This document shows positions 24,601 to 35,462 of a DNA stretch of 64,000 nucleotides, piece by piece. The DNA is from Klebsormidium nitens (lineage: Eukaryota; Plantae; Klebsormidiophyceae), in NCBI GenBank assembly GCA_000708835.1, contig DF236964.1, positions 1-64,000 on the forward strand, written 5' to 3'. The number at the start of each line of letters is the position of its first letter. The stretch's first letter is position 1. A program made the position numbers and the translations under genes. Under the pieces are notes generated by a model. That model searched no databases. It worked only from the letters and a program-made list of their open reading frames with translations, and was not told the DNA's origin.

Positions 24601-27600
24601 CAAGATGACGTTGCCCGACGTGGCAAAGTGGTCGCACCCCTTGACCTGATCCATCGGCTGACGCAAGACGACGTCAGGGGCGGTAGGATCTTGAGGGGGG
24701 TCCGCCATAAAGTACTCCCAGCGGGGGATGCCGGACTTCAGCTGTGGCTCCCCCCCAACATTCAGGATGCGCACCTGAATTTAGATCAAAGATTTGTTAG
24801 GACCTGGTAACCAGGAATTCCTTGTTTAAAAGGGAATTTTCAACAAAGAATCTCTTCCTTAACCCTAGACTTGACAAGTGAAAGCCATGTTGTTTGATCT
24901 GCACAATATAGTTTGTTTCCATCGATCGAGACAGTCCACTGTCACCACTCTAGAAGTGAATGAACACGCTTTCTTACACTCGTCATTTGCCGCCTCCAAA
25001 CAAGCATCGGATCCAGAGCTTGACGCGAAACACCGGTACCAAGAGGGTTTCGCTTGGTCAAAAAAACACTACCTCCCCAACCCCGACCATCACTTTGAGC
25101 GACAGAGTCAGCGGCGCTGCGATCTCTTGGCTTGTGGCCACAGTGGTCTCCCGCGACTTGCTGATACTGCGCGGCAAAGAGAGAGGAGACGCGTTCAATG
25201 GTGTCATGAGCTGACAGACTAGCTCTGATCATAGCGACCTCGGCTTCAATCCGCACAAACGGCCGCTGAACCGACACAATGACGCGCCAAAGATTCCTCC
25301 GCCGCGAACGGCGAATCGAAAGAAACGACGATTTTGTCCCCCAACCGAACTCTTGCCAAAGGAAGGCCCAGCAATCTATACAGTCTGCTTACCTCATCGT
25401 TTTCGGAAGGGGAAACGTCTTCCCCAGATTCAACCCCCTCGTTTGGCGCGTGGCCTTCGACTTCACGATGGTCACCAGCTGGGCCATCGTGATTGGCTTC
25501 ATGAGGAAGCCGTCCATCCCCGCGTCTAAACAGCCCTTTTTCGCCTGGTCCTCGAGCTGAGCGGTGACCTGTCGCACGAAGAATTAGAATTTTTGAAGTT
25601 TTGTTTCTATAAGAGTATATTTATTTATTCTGAATTTACTCGTATCTCTTAAATTGAGAACCCGGGCTGATAATGATAAGTGTTCCACCGCCGCATTGAA
25701 ACAGTTCTTCTTGGCCTCGTCCTCCAACCGCGCTGTTACCTGACAGCAAGAGGTTCCTAGTCCTGTTTTGCGATTCTCGCTCTTGGGTGACATAGTGGCT
25801 CAAACAATTACTTTGTGCGGAATCCCCTAGTGTTTCCTATCAGCCAATGCTTGCCCCAATCATCCAACTGCACTCTTATCAGTGGATTCATTGGATTCAA
25901 AGCAGCAGAAGCCCGCACACTCAGTCTTCCATGCGCTAGAAACTAGGTAAGGCTGAAATATCTCACCGCAGAGATGAACGTCGGGCGCGCCTGTGGGTCT
26001 TCCAGCTTCCGGATCTCCCGCGTCGCTTCGTACCCGTCCATGACCGGCATCAGCAAATCCATGAAAATCAGCGGAAAGTCGTTCTTCGAAAAAGCCTCCA
26101 CCGCTTCCTTCCCGTTGTTCGCGTGAACCACTTCGCACCCCAGTTTCGTGAGCATCTTGGACAGCACGACCCGGTTGAGAACGATGTCGTCTACTACCAG
26201 GACCTTCATCGCTTGGTCGGCTTTGTTGAGAGTGGACGCGGGGCGGAACGCACCGATCGTGCTGCTCATGTCTTCGTGGCTGCTGTGATCGGTGTCGCCG
26301 TAACCCCCAAGCTGTTACAGGACGGGTTAGGGCAAATTAGCTTCATTACGACGGTCATTCATGCTTATTCGAGAAGGAAAAGCTTCTTTAGAGACGCATG
26401 TACTTGTTTCACGTGTGACTGCTATTGTCTGCCGATCTCTTTGCAGCTGTTGTAAAACGGACAATTGTACGCATCCTGCGGATCGAAAGGACAAACGGAG
26501 GGAAGTGCAGAAACCCGTTTAGAATTTTTGCCGTGCCGGCGCTGCTTCATAACGCCTTAGCTGCCGCAACTGAAGATGCGGCGTTTATATTCAGAGCGTT
26601 AAGCTGTTTTCGTCTTTCTCTCTTCCTTTCAATCCCTTGTCTCCAACCTTTGCTAAGCTCTGGCCAGTTGAACTTGAACATCTGATCCTACTCCAAACAG
26701 TTGCTTGTAGTGTGTCGATCCAAAACGAACCCTGCCAGCTTTGAAAAAGTGTCTGCTTGGCGTATCAAGAGCTTTCCTTTCCTGCGTGACAAAACGCACA
26801 GGAAGCTCACCTGGGGAGTATAGGCGCCAAGCGTGGAAACCAGATCGAACCCGCACGCTGCCGCTCGCAAAGTACAGGCCTCCGGAGTCTGCACAAGGAT
26901 TCAAACAGGTGAGGTATAGTGTAAGTTTCTCGTTATGCCCTTCGAAACGCGGGTTTCATTCCGAGAATCTGTCAGCAGGCCCTTCTTTCAGATACTCCGA
27001 AGCAACTTTCCAAACCCTTCTGATAATTGCTGTGGAAAATGAGTGCGCTTCAAGGTGAATTCAGACCCGATTGGCAGACGCAAAAGCTAGCGGGTTGCTT
27101 GATGTAGGCTGTAGCTCATGAGCTCTGCACGTCAACACCGCAGGACAAAGTCTTGTGAGGCTGTATCACGTCTCTGGTGGACGAATACATGCATCTCGAG
27201 TACAGAAAAAAGTTATCAAATCACAGTAGGAACGGATTGACAGCATTTCTGCAGGAGGGAAGAGTCGGCGAGCAGAGCAAATGCAAAAGATCAGCAGACA
27301 TTGACAGGTCGGGTGTTCAGTCGTTCAGAGGACAGCGATATGCACGTGCGATGTTCGCATAGCGCTTACCTCCTTGGCAGCTCTGTTGACCGGGAATGCA
27401 ACTATCAGGGAGTCCCCTGCAAACTGCACAGACCAAGGTGACAGGGTTTTCGTGAGGAAGCCGAGCATGTGGGGTGATTAGATAGTGAGCCAAAGGCACA
27501 GCGATTGTAGCTCCAGCCGAGAAGTGAACTGTTTTCATCGCAAGTGAACGGCTGTCCACTTGCTAGTCTCGAAAACGGCTGAAACGCAAAACAGTGAAGC

Positions 27601-29442
27601 CTGCTAGTTGAGCTTACCATGATGTTATCGCCTCAATAGTGTCGATGGCCTTGTCAAAAGTACTTGTTCCTGCAACTTAAAATTTTCCAACGTATAGTTC
27701 TACCATAGGATTCTTAAACACTCTGGAACTTCTGGATCTTAGAGCTTGAATCTATCGCGTACATCCTTCAACCCTCACCTTGATGATGTCGCCGCCATAG
27801 TCAAAGACCATGTCAATGGCCTCGTTGAAGTAGTTGTTCATGCACACCGTCAGCTCCTCCACCAGCTCCGTGCCCCGCTTCGACGTCAGCGCGCGCTCCG
27901 TCAGCGGCGTGAAGCCGGTGACGTCAGCAATCATGATGGCGGCCATGAACGAGTTGACCGTTGCCCGGCTGCTGAACGCCTCTGTTTGAAGTGAGGGCAA
28001 TCCTTTAGTGCGGGCGCGTTTTCCGACTCTCTTCTTCTTATAGGTTTTCTGCGTCAATGGCATGCAAGCCGCCGGGCTTCCCTGAAGCTTATGGGGGCGT
28101 GCGGAAACGGGAATCGCAAGGTGGACGAATCCATTTGCAACTCACGAGCTCAGCCTGAGAACGCCAGCTGCGTTGGAAAGGTCATCAAGCATGTGTTCAA
28201 AGTCGCGCACTTGAACGCAGCCCGCTGGCACTTTGAGACTCGGCCTTCAACTGTACAACCGTGCTGTGATTTCAAGTCTTCTTAACAAGTGGACTCCTCT
28301 CGAAACGACGAGCTTGCAAGCGTGGGGCACAGGACTCTGTTCGAATCACTTACTGTCCTTCTCGATAGAAGAAGGACATCGGGGCAACGTTCGGCGTAAG
28401 TCATCTGAAAGAAGGTCGCCTGAATATATCTCATCTAAACAGTCCATGAAGCACTCATTGGTTTACTTGGAGTGCGCAGTCCTCTCACGGTCTCCCAATT
28501 GAAGAATTGGTTCATTTTGACCTTCCAGAAGGGAGACTCTGAACGCGTGCTTGCACGGCTTAGAAACACAATGGATTGATTGATAAGCCAGATATACCGC
28601 AAGCACTGAGCTGATCAGTCAGCCAACTTCGACAGATGCTTACCTGGCTCACTGGCAGCTGCCTGGAGCAGCAGCTTTGGGACGAATGACGAGAGCAACC
28701 GGAGCATGTCCCCCGGGTTTGCAAGCTGCTCTGTGTCAAGACCCGCCAACCGCCCGGTAGTCCCATCCGCCCATCCAGTCGACGAGGCGCTCGACCGTGA
28801 TTGACTTCGTTCCAGAATGCTGATCTGCGAGTCCCGAGACAACACCTTCTCCAATCCTACCGAGCTGCGGGAACCTGCTCTCTCTGCACCGCCTGCTGGT
28901 TCTACTGCTCTTGGCGCTGCTTCTGACGGACCAGTTGAGACCTCAAACACTTTGACGGCCGCAGCGCCTGGAGAGTCTAGGGCGGAGCTGTTCTGGCGCG
29001 AGAGTGCAGCGGACGGACCAGGGACTGATTGCGTCATCGACGATGTGCGCCGAGAGCCGTACTCAGACTCGCCACCGATTGATATGCTTTGGCTGAAGTC
29101 CGAATACCGGCTAGAGTCTGACGCTCCGTCTGACGTTCGTTTGGCTGGGAGCGGCTGGCCGTCGATATCTGGCGAGGAGCTTTGTGGAATGTTGATGAGA
29201 TCAATCTCCAGCACAGCTCCATTCAGAGCTGAGCTAAGTGCACGGCTATATTTATCTCCATCCCTAGATGCTGTCTGCGCACTCTCTGCTGCCTGTGTCT
29301 CTGCATAGGGGAAGATTTGGCCTTGCTTTGCACCCTTCAGTCCATCTTTGATCGCCGCCTCTGCTGGATTACCGCTGACTGGAAAGTAGTCATAATCCTC
29401 GCTGGCCTCTATATCCATCTTAGCGGACGCTTTTGGAGTCAT
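12634..29442 (-). CDS. Soluble adenylyl cyclase (ADCY10/sAC)-like class III cyclase: C1 (with inserted receiver domain), C2, STAND P-loop NTPase, TPR-like C-terminus; >20 exons
   Basis: C1: IADVTGFT..GGDIIK|FAGDS..LSLKVMVGVGE|VRILNVGG..RWEYF..VILSPEVW. C2: YIP..AEIRRCTCLF..MDEKGYLMIAAFGLPG..GVTTG..EYTVYGDSINLSARLM..VKGK. NTPase: LVGRKEEL, Walker A GQAGIGKS, Walker B VLVVEDAH, GHPLF..SRVD.L..LASVIG. TPR-like: AIRYYEEALHL..AYAHAALGELDSSMEHLKRSL. Splice phases checked for the C1/receiver region. Confidence 0.92.
25393..26311 (-). other. Response-regulator receiver (REC) domain exons inside the cyclase C1 domain
   Basis: Exons 26311-25967 and 25568-25393 encode MKVLVVDD..LIFMDLLMPVMDGYEA..SAVTA..MDGFLMKP, with the acidic pair, phosphoacceptor Asp, Thr and Lys-Pro all intact. 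Confidence 0.93.
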
Positions 29443-30467
29443 GGTGGACCAATTCGGTGCGCCAAGTGCTTAATAGCTGCTGAGGGCTTATAAGCTGTGA
29501 GGTGCGTTTTAGTCCCCGTGTGCTCATCAGCCCCTGCCAATAAACCCCATGCCAGTATGTTTACCCTGCCCCTATGCTGTTCCATGTAGTTAGGATGTGT
29601 CAGCTATGATTGCAGGGTAATGTAAGATAAGCTTGATGGTCCAGAAGATCAATCAGCCTGCATCCCTCTTGTCCTTGCTTCTAAAGCAGGCACAGCGGAT
29701 GAAATCAGCGATCAGAACTACCCTGAAGAGTCTCCACTTCAAGTAAACTGTTATGGTCATCCCCTCAGCAAACTTGCATTGCTTGCATGATCAAGTACAC
29801 CCACCCAACTGATTCGATTGGTCGCAACTCCCTTCTACTAAACTAACTCTGCAGTCATCCTTCATGCAAACCTTTTCTCCGCTTCACTTTCCTCCTTGAT
29901 TGATCAGTTTCCTTAGCGTTGGCAAAATTCTCTGCGCTGATCTTCCGCCATAGCCTTCCACCATTCGCCTTCTCAGATATCTTTTGAAAGTTGCCTTCGA
30001 AGTATGGAACATGGAAAGAGGATGGGGGCGATCGCGCAGCTGAAACCACTTTGCAAGTACCCCAAATGCGCCACCTTTGCAAGTCACAAGCCTGATTTCG
30101 GCGATCCTGCATCGATCAGCAAATCGTACCGGACACCCATTGTTAATTGCGACACACTTGAGAGCATAATCATCACTATAGAGAAGCTCCGCAGTTGCAA
30201 CCACCATGCGACAACCTTCTTCATAAATTTCTCACATGTGAGCTGAGCTGCGGCTGACGTTTCAAATTCTTCTGACACCGCCAGCTAGCGGGGATGTCGG
30301 CGCCCTTGCGACGAGAGACCGCCATGTCAGAGTCACGTGGGCGTCGTGCAGAGAGCTCACAAACTAAGCTGGGCCTCTAGTTTCAACTGAAATGTACTCG
30401 GTTCATTGTATTTTGAATAGCCTAGCTCAGCTGCTGCAAACTGTGTTTCACTAACGAAACCGGCGAA

Positions 30468-30475
30468 AAACCCTA
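30468..30475. promoter_or_regulatory. Telo-box-like AAACCCTA in the divergent cyclase/methyltransferase intergenic region
   Basis: Exact AAACCCTA between two divergent start codons (29442 and 31110). Function is inferred from plant promoters only. Confidence 0.3.
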
Positions 30476-31109
30476 GGTAATCTACCTCACACGCCACTTT
30501 GCACTCTTAAACCACTTTAACCCAAGCATTCGACCCTTTGTTTTTTCCGGCCGCTCATGCTAGCATGATTGGTTGTTGAAGTGTACTGCCAGAAGGAGGT
30601 CCAGTGCGCACAATGCGGCGACAGCTTCGGTACTGACGGATGCAGGATCTGCTGCACGCAAGCGAAATGATGCACTGGCATATCTCCGAAACCGTATTAC
30701 GTTAAACGGCCAATGCGCGCGCAGATGTAACGGTGGAGCTTGCAACCGTACGATCCATTTCAGACATTACCTTGAGCCGTACGATGAGCAAGAAGACTCT
30801 CCAACTGTTGCTAGGCACGTTTCGCGAGGAAGCAGGCAGCTAGCCAGCAAATTGCAGCTCACGAACATTGCTGAGCTAGCAGGCCTAGCGCTGTAGTAGG
30901 CACCGAAACGAAGAGCTCAGCCGTGGGAAGCCTTGAGGTTCTCTGCCGATTCTGCTTGTCAAGTAGCTCCTTTCTTGAAGAGCAGCAACGGGTGGAGGCA
31001 CCAAATAGCTCCTCAAGGTAGTGGGCCTTGTGCTCTGCTCTGATGTTCTTCAGCTGGATTCCAGAGCTTCATCCTTCAGTAGCAGAGGCAAAGAACTCCA
31101 CGCCCCAAC

Positions 31110-34100
31110 ATGATGAAGGGTGCGAGCAGCTCAAAGGGCTACAGCCCCACCCCCCTGAAGTTCATGTTCTCAGACTCCAAGTATGCACGCCAATCAAAAT
31201 ACTCGCTAGCTGGTACGTTTTTGCTGGGGATAGTCTGTGGATTCTTCATAAGCTGGCACAGATCTCCAGCTCTAGTCTCGGGTCCAGCTCAGATCGCTCT
31301 GGGGTCTTCCGTAGCGTCCAACATCAGGGTTCTAGACGATGAGCTCTTTCTGGGGCCCCAGGAAGGCGATCAGCGGCCGGCACGTTTGGCGAAGTGAGGG
31401 CTTTCTGCATCCGTATTTTGCAAGCAGGCGTTTTGCGGACATTTCAGGGAGAATTTGACAAATGCGAATGCAAGCAGAGTGAAGGAGTGCAGCTTCCTTG
31501 CTTCCAATGAGTGCAGCTCATAAGGCCGCTCGAATATGAATTCCGGTGAAATTAATAGCCGAAGGTAAGAAATGTCACAAATGGGCCTCAAACCAAAAGA
31601 AAGGCCATATAAGCAGGGCTGGAATTAGTCTCAATGTCTATTAGACAGCCATCTTTAAAGTCTCCCTACAAAATCCATGAAATGCCTGTCAAGAGGCCCC
31701 AGGTTTATAGAGGCCTGGGGCGATGCACTTGACAAACATTGCAATGAGCACCTTTCCTACTCAAGCTTCCGGCCTGCAGAACATGGTCAGTAGTTGTTGT
31801 TTAAAGGGTTGGATTAACCTGACACTGGTCCTCTTTACTTGTGAGCTGCGAACCTCAACACAGTCGAGACGTGTACCGCTCCGAAATATAGTTCACGCTT
31901 CCAGGTACGAGCTCAAAGCATCCGCGTACACCACCATTTGTGCACAAGAACAAAGATGCCTCTCCACCCAGAGTAAACCTCTGACGAGAAGTCGAAGTCC
32001 ACGCGAGCAATGATCCAACGCGCTTTTTGTTTCAGGTACGAGCTTAAAGTCCCCGACTACCAGCACGTGTACGACAAGTCGTGGCTCGACGGCGGCTACC
32101 CCAAGGCAAGCTGCTGGGGCTGCCGCTTCGCCGCTGACGTCATCGCCCGCATTCCCGCGCACACGATCCTCGACGCCGGGGCCGGGAACGGAGTGTTGCT
32201 GCGCCAGCTTCGCGCGCACGGGAAAAGCGCGTGGGGGATCGAACTGAGCCAAGCAGTGCTCGACGCTGACTGCCCGGATCTGCTGGAAAGCGGGATCGTC
32301 AAACAGGGCAGTTTGACGAACCTGCCGTACGAGGATAACCAGTTCGATCTGGTTTTCTCCGCGGACGTTTTGGAGCACATCCGGCCGTCCGAGGTGGACC
32401 GCGTTGTCCAGGAGCTGGTGCGAGTCAGCCGGCGCCACCTGTTCTTAAGTATCAGTCTCAAGGGACACACAAAGGTGCGTATTTTGTTGTCAGCATAAAA
32501 GTGCAGCTTTACTGGTGCATGCTAATGGCTCGAATCACATTCAGCGTTGATGTTGCCATCTGCAATCCAAAAGAACAACCTTCTTTTCATTCAAACTACT
32601 TAACTCTAAGCCCATGCTGACGACTTTCAAAGGTCGGGTCACTTCGCCAGGGGTGAATGGTTTTAGAAGTCAGTTTGAGTTACAATCAAGTGGCGACGTC
32701 GACAGCATGCCGATCTCAGAATTTTTGGGCTCGTCAAAAGTTCGCATCGATCAACGCTAACGCCACTCCTTATGCCAATCATTGCAAAACACGCAGTCCT
32801 CGCTCAACGAATCACTCGCCGTCAGACACCCACCTGCAGGCCACCAATCCCTCATTCGTCCCGAAAAGACTGGAGAAACGAATATTTGCCACATTGAAGG
32901 CTTGTCACCGGTCGAACTAGAGCCGTGCATATGCTTTCCAGGTGCGCGGCCGGTAGAAAAGCGGAGTAATCATCCATTCCGGTAATCACTCGCTACCCCA
33001 AAACCTCTTTCCAGGCCGAACTTCCCTTCTTCGCCAAAGACGACTGGATGAAACGAAACCTGCCAAAGTAAAGGCTTGTCGGCCGTTGAATGAAAGCCCG
33101 GCATATGCCTCACAGGTGCGCGCTGGCAGTAATGAGGAGGCCAACCGGCACACGATGCTGCGGCCACGTCACTGGTGGGAGGCCAAGTTCCGGGAGCACG
33201 GCGCGGTGCTGAACCGGGAACTAGTATGGGCGCTCCAGGAGAGAGACGGGCACTTCACCGATAAAGATGTGAGGGCCTCTGTTGTTCTTTTAAGTTGTGA
33301 CAATACTTTCTGGGCGGTACTGGTATGATCCTGCTAAGAAATGGATGGGATCTCAAGCGGAGACTTGTGTAGATAACGTCTCTTGACGGAGTAAAGTCAT
33401 AAATTGCAAGGAGAGCGACGGGCACTTTAGCGTTTGATAGGAAAGGATCCTCAAATTTAAGCGGAGAATGCCCTGTTGACGGCTGTACTTTGCTTTCGTC
33501 GCTACAGAAAGGGCGCTCGGTCTGGTGCTGCATGAGAATCGTATGGTGACCGACCTTACAGACCAATAAAATGAAGCTGGACGTCTCGTGGGATCGGAGA
33601 TGAAGGAACTAGGTGGCGTAGGTGTAGATTTACGTGATCTCAAACCTTATGTTCCCTAGAAAGGTCCTTGAAACATCATTCTTTTGAATGTCAATTAAAG
33701 GGACGACACTCTGACTTTCTGCGGTAACCCCTCCGAGCGAGCAAGGGGGAACTTTTGGCCATTTCCTTCGCTTCCAAAAGATTGAAATACCGTCATCTGC
33801 CGTTTAGTTTCTCGAGCCGAGGGGCAAAAAGAGGAACCACTTTCCGCTTCGTACGCTCCATTATCTACACAGTTGAATATTCTCAATTCGTCTCGCAAAA
33901 ACGGTTTCCGGTTCCGTTTGCAGATGAGGGACTGCCGGACGGAAGGCGTTGCGGACGACGGTGGGAACTACCGGGTGTGCGTTGTGGACAGTCCGTGGCT
34001 GGTGGGCAGCCGTGATCAGGTGAGCCAGCACTTTGACGCGGCGACACCAGCAGTGACGCGCATTGCATATGGTCGCCCTCCTTACAATCCTGGTAACACC

Positions 34101-34535
34101 CATTTGTCAGCGGAGTCGTGAAAAGACTCGTCAATCAAGAGGGCACATCCTCCTCCCTAGGCGCGCATCGCACGTTTGATTTGATTGCCGATCCTGCCAC
34201 ATAAGCTCGTTACAAATCTGACGCGACCTGTCTGTAATCTCGAGTTTTTTTAGACATCGTCTCTTTGACGAATTTTCAACGGCCCACCACGATCTAAGCA
34301 ACTGAACTCAAAGTTACGAGCGTTACGACTTGTGAAGAGGCCACAAGCAATTGCCGCCCCTCGATCAGGTGTTCGTGTGCGTTGCCGGAGAGCCCTAGAC
34401 GCTCAACTGAGTGCGAAGGAGTGACTCGAAATGCATGGTATCCCGTTGCAGGAGAATCTGCGCAAGGACCGGTGCATCACTCCGGACAACGGGGAACTCG
34501 AGCCCTGGTTCTTCGCCTTCCGGAAGCTCAGGTAG
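31110..34535 (+). CDS. Type II membrane-anchored class I SAM-dependent methyltransferase (5 exons)
   Basis: N-terminal TM segment (LAGTFLLGIVCGFFISW). Exon from 32036: ILDAGAGNG (motif I), WGIELS, GSLTNLPYEDNQFDLVFSADVLEH. Later exons HTMLRPRHWWEAKF, MRDCRTEG.., and ENLRKDR..WFFAFRKLR*. Confidence 0.85.
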
Positions 34536-35462
34536 CCAGACGAAGCGGTAATCGAACTTTGGAGGACTGTCAAACTGTGTTGGGATACATCTCAGTGCTT
34601 GGGCCCGGCGCGCGGGGATTGGAAAAATCAGAGCCGTCCAGGTGTGTAACATGTATCATTGCCAAGCTCGTTGGTTTTGTATCGTCCACCCGGTGTCTAG
34701 AGATTCCATGTTTTATGGTCACGATGATGCCGGTATGTATCGTTTTTAGAGCTAGTGCAGGTCAGATACTATTCCAAAGGTCTCAATGCTGTTCAAGCGC
34801 AGTGCTCGTACAGTCTATAACCTGAGGCACGATTTGAATCTATATCGCGATCGTTAATGCTGTGGTTTACATGCCTGCCGCCAACACCGCACGCGGTCAT
34901 TGTGCGATCTAGTTAGTGCCCGGCCGCCACCCTCCTCCCTAGCTGATTGCGCCATGCAGCTGAGTTATCGAGTTGATTGCATGAGTTGGGCGACGTACCA
35001 GCCGCCGTGCACTGCATCTGCAGAGACTGATGCCTTATATAAATAGATGTGAGGCCGGCACTGAATCCGTTTCGGCCACACGACGTAGCCTGAGTCTGAG
35101 TACTGGTGGTTCATGCAACTAAACCATTTGATCATTCAAATTGGTTGAGCCCTCTATCATTAGCTCAGCTTACTAAGATCGAAGCCCGGTTTGGGCGGCC
35201 TTGTTGATCTATGAGTGATTTGGAAATCCTATGGAAGCAGATATAGAAGAACTTAACTTGCTGAGCAAACCGAAGTACTTAAAAAGCGCGGTGTCCCGTC
35301 AGGCAGGCTTCAACGACTTGCTCATTAACTCCAGAACTAAGAAATATAATCCTTATTTATAACGTCAACCGATACGTGCACCCTATGACTGATTCACACA
35401 ACGTTATCGATAGAAACACAAATAATCGTTCCTCTATGCAAGATACCCTATGGCTATGGTTC

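Noticed and set aside
25393-26311. Receiver domain as a separate nested response-regulator gene
   Set aside because: It is on the same strand, its splice phases join both flanking cyclase exons in frame, and the second REC exon ends at a donor rather than a stop.
29855-30278. Overlapping short ORFs between the cyclase and methyltransferase
   Set aside because: No domain, splice support or codon signal that I could recognise.
34395-34652. Minus-strand ORF considered as UreG or a transposon fragment
   Set aside because: It has no UreG motifs and is antisense to the last methyltransferase exon.
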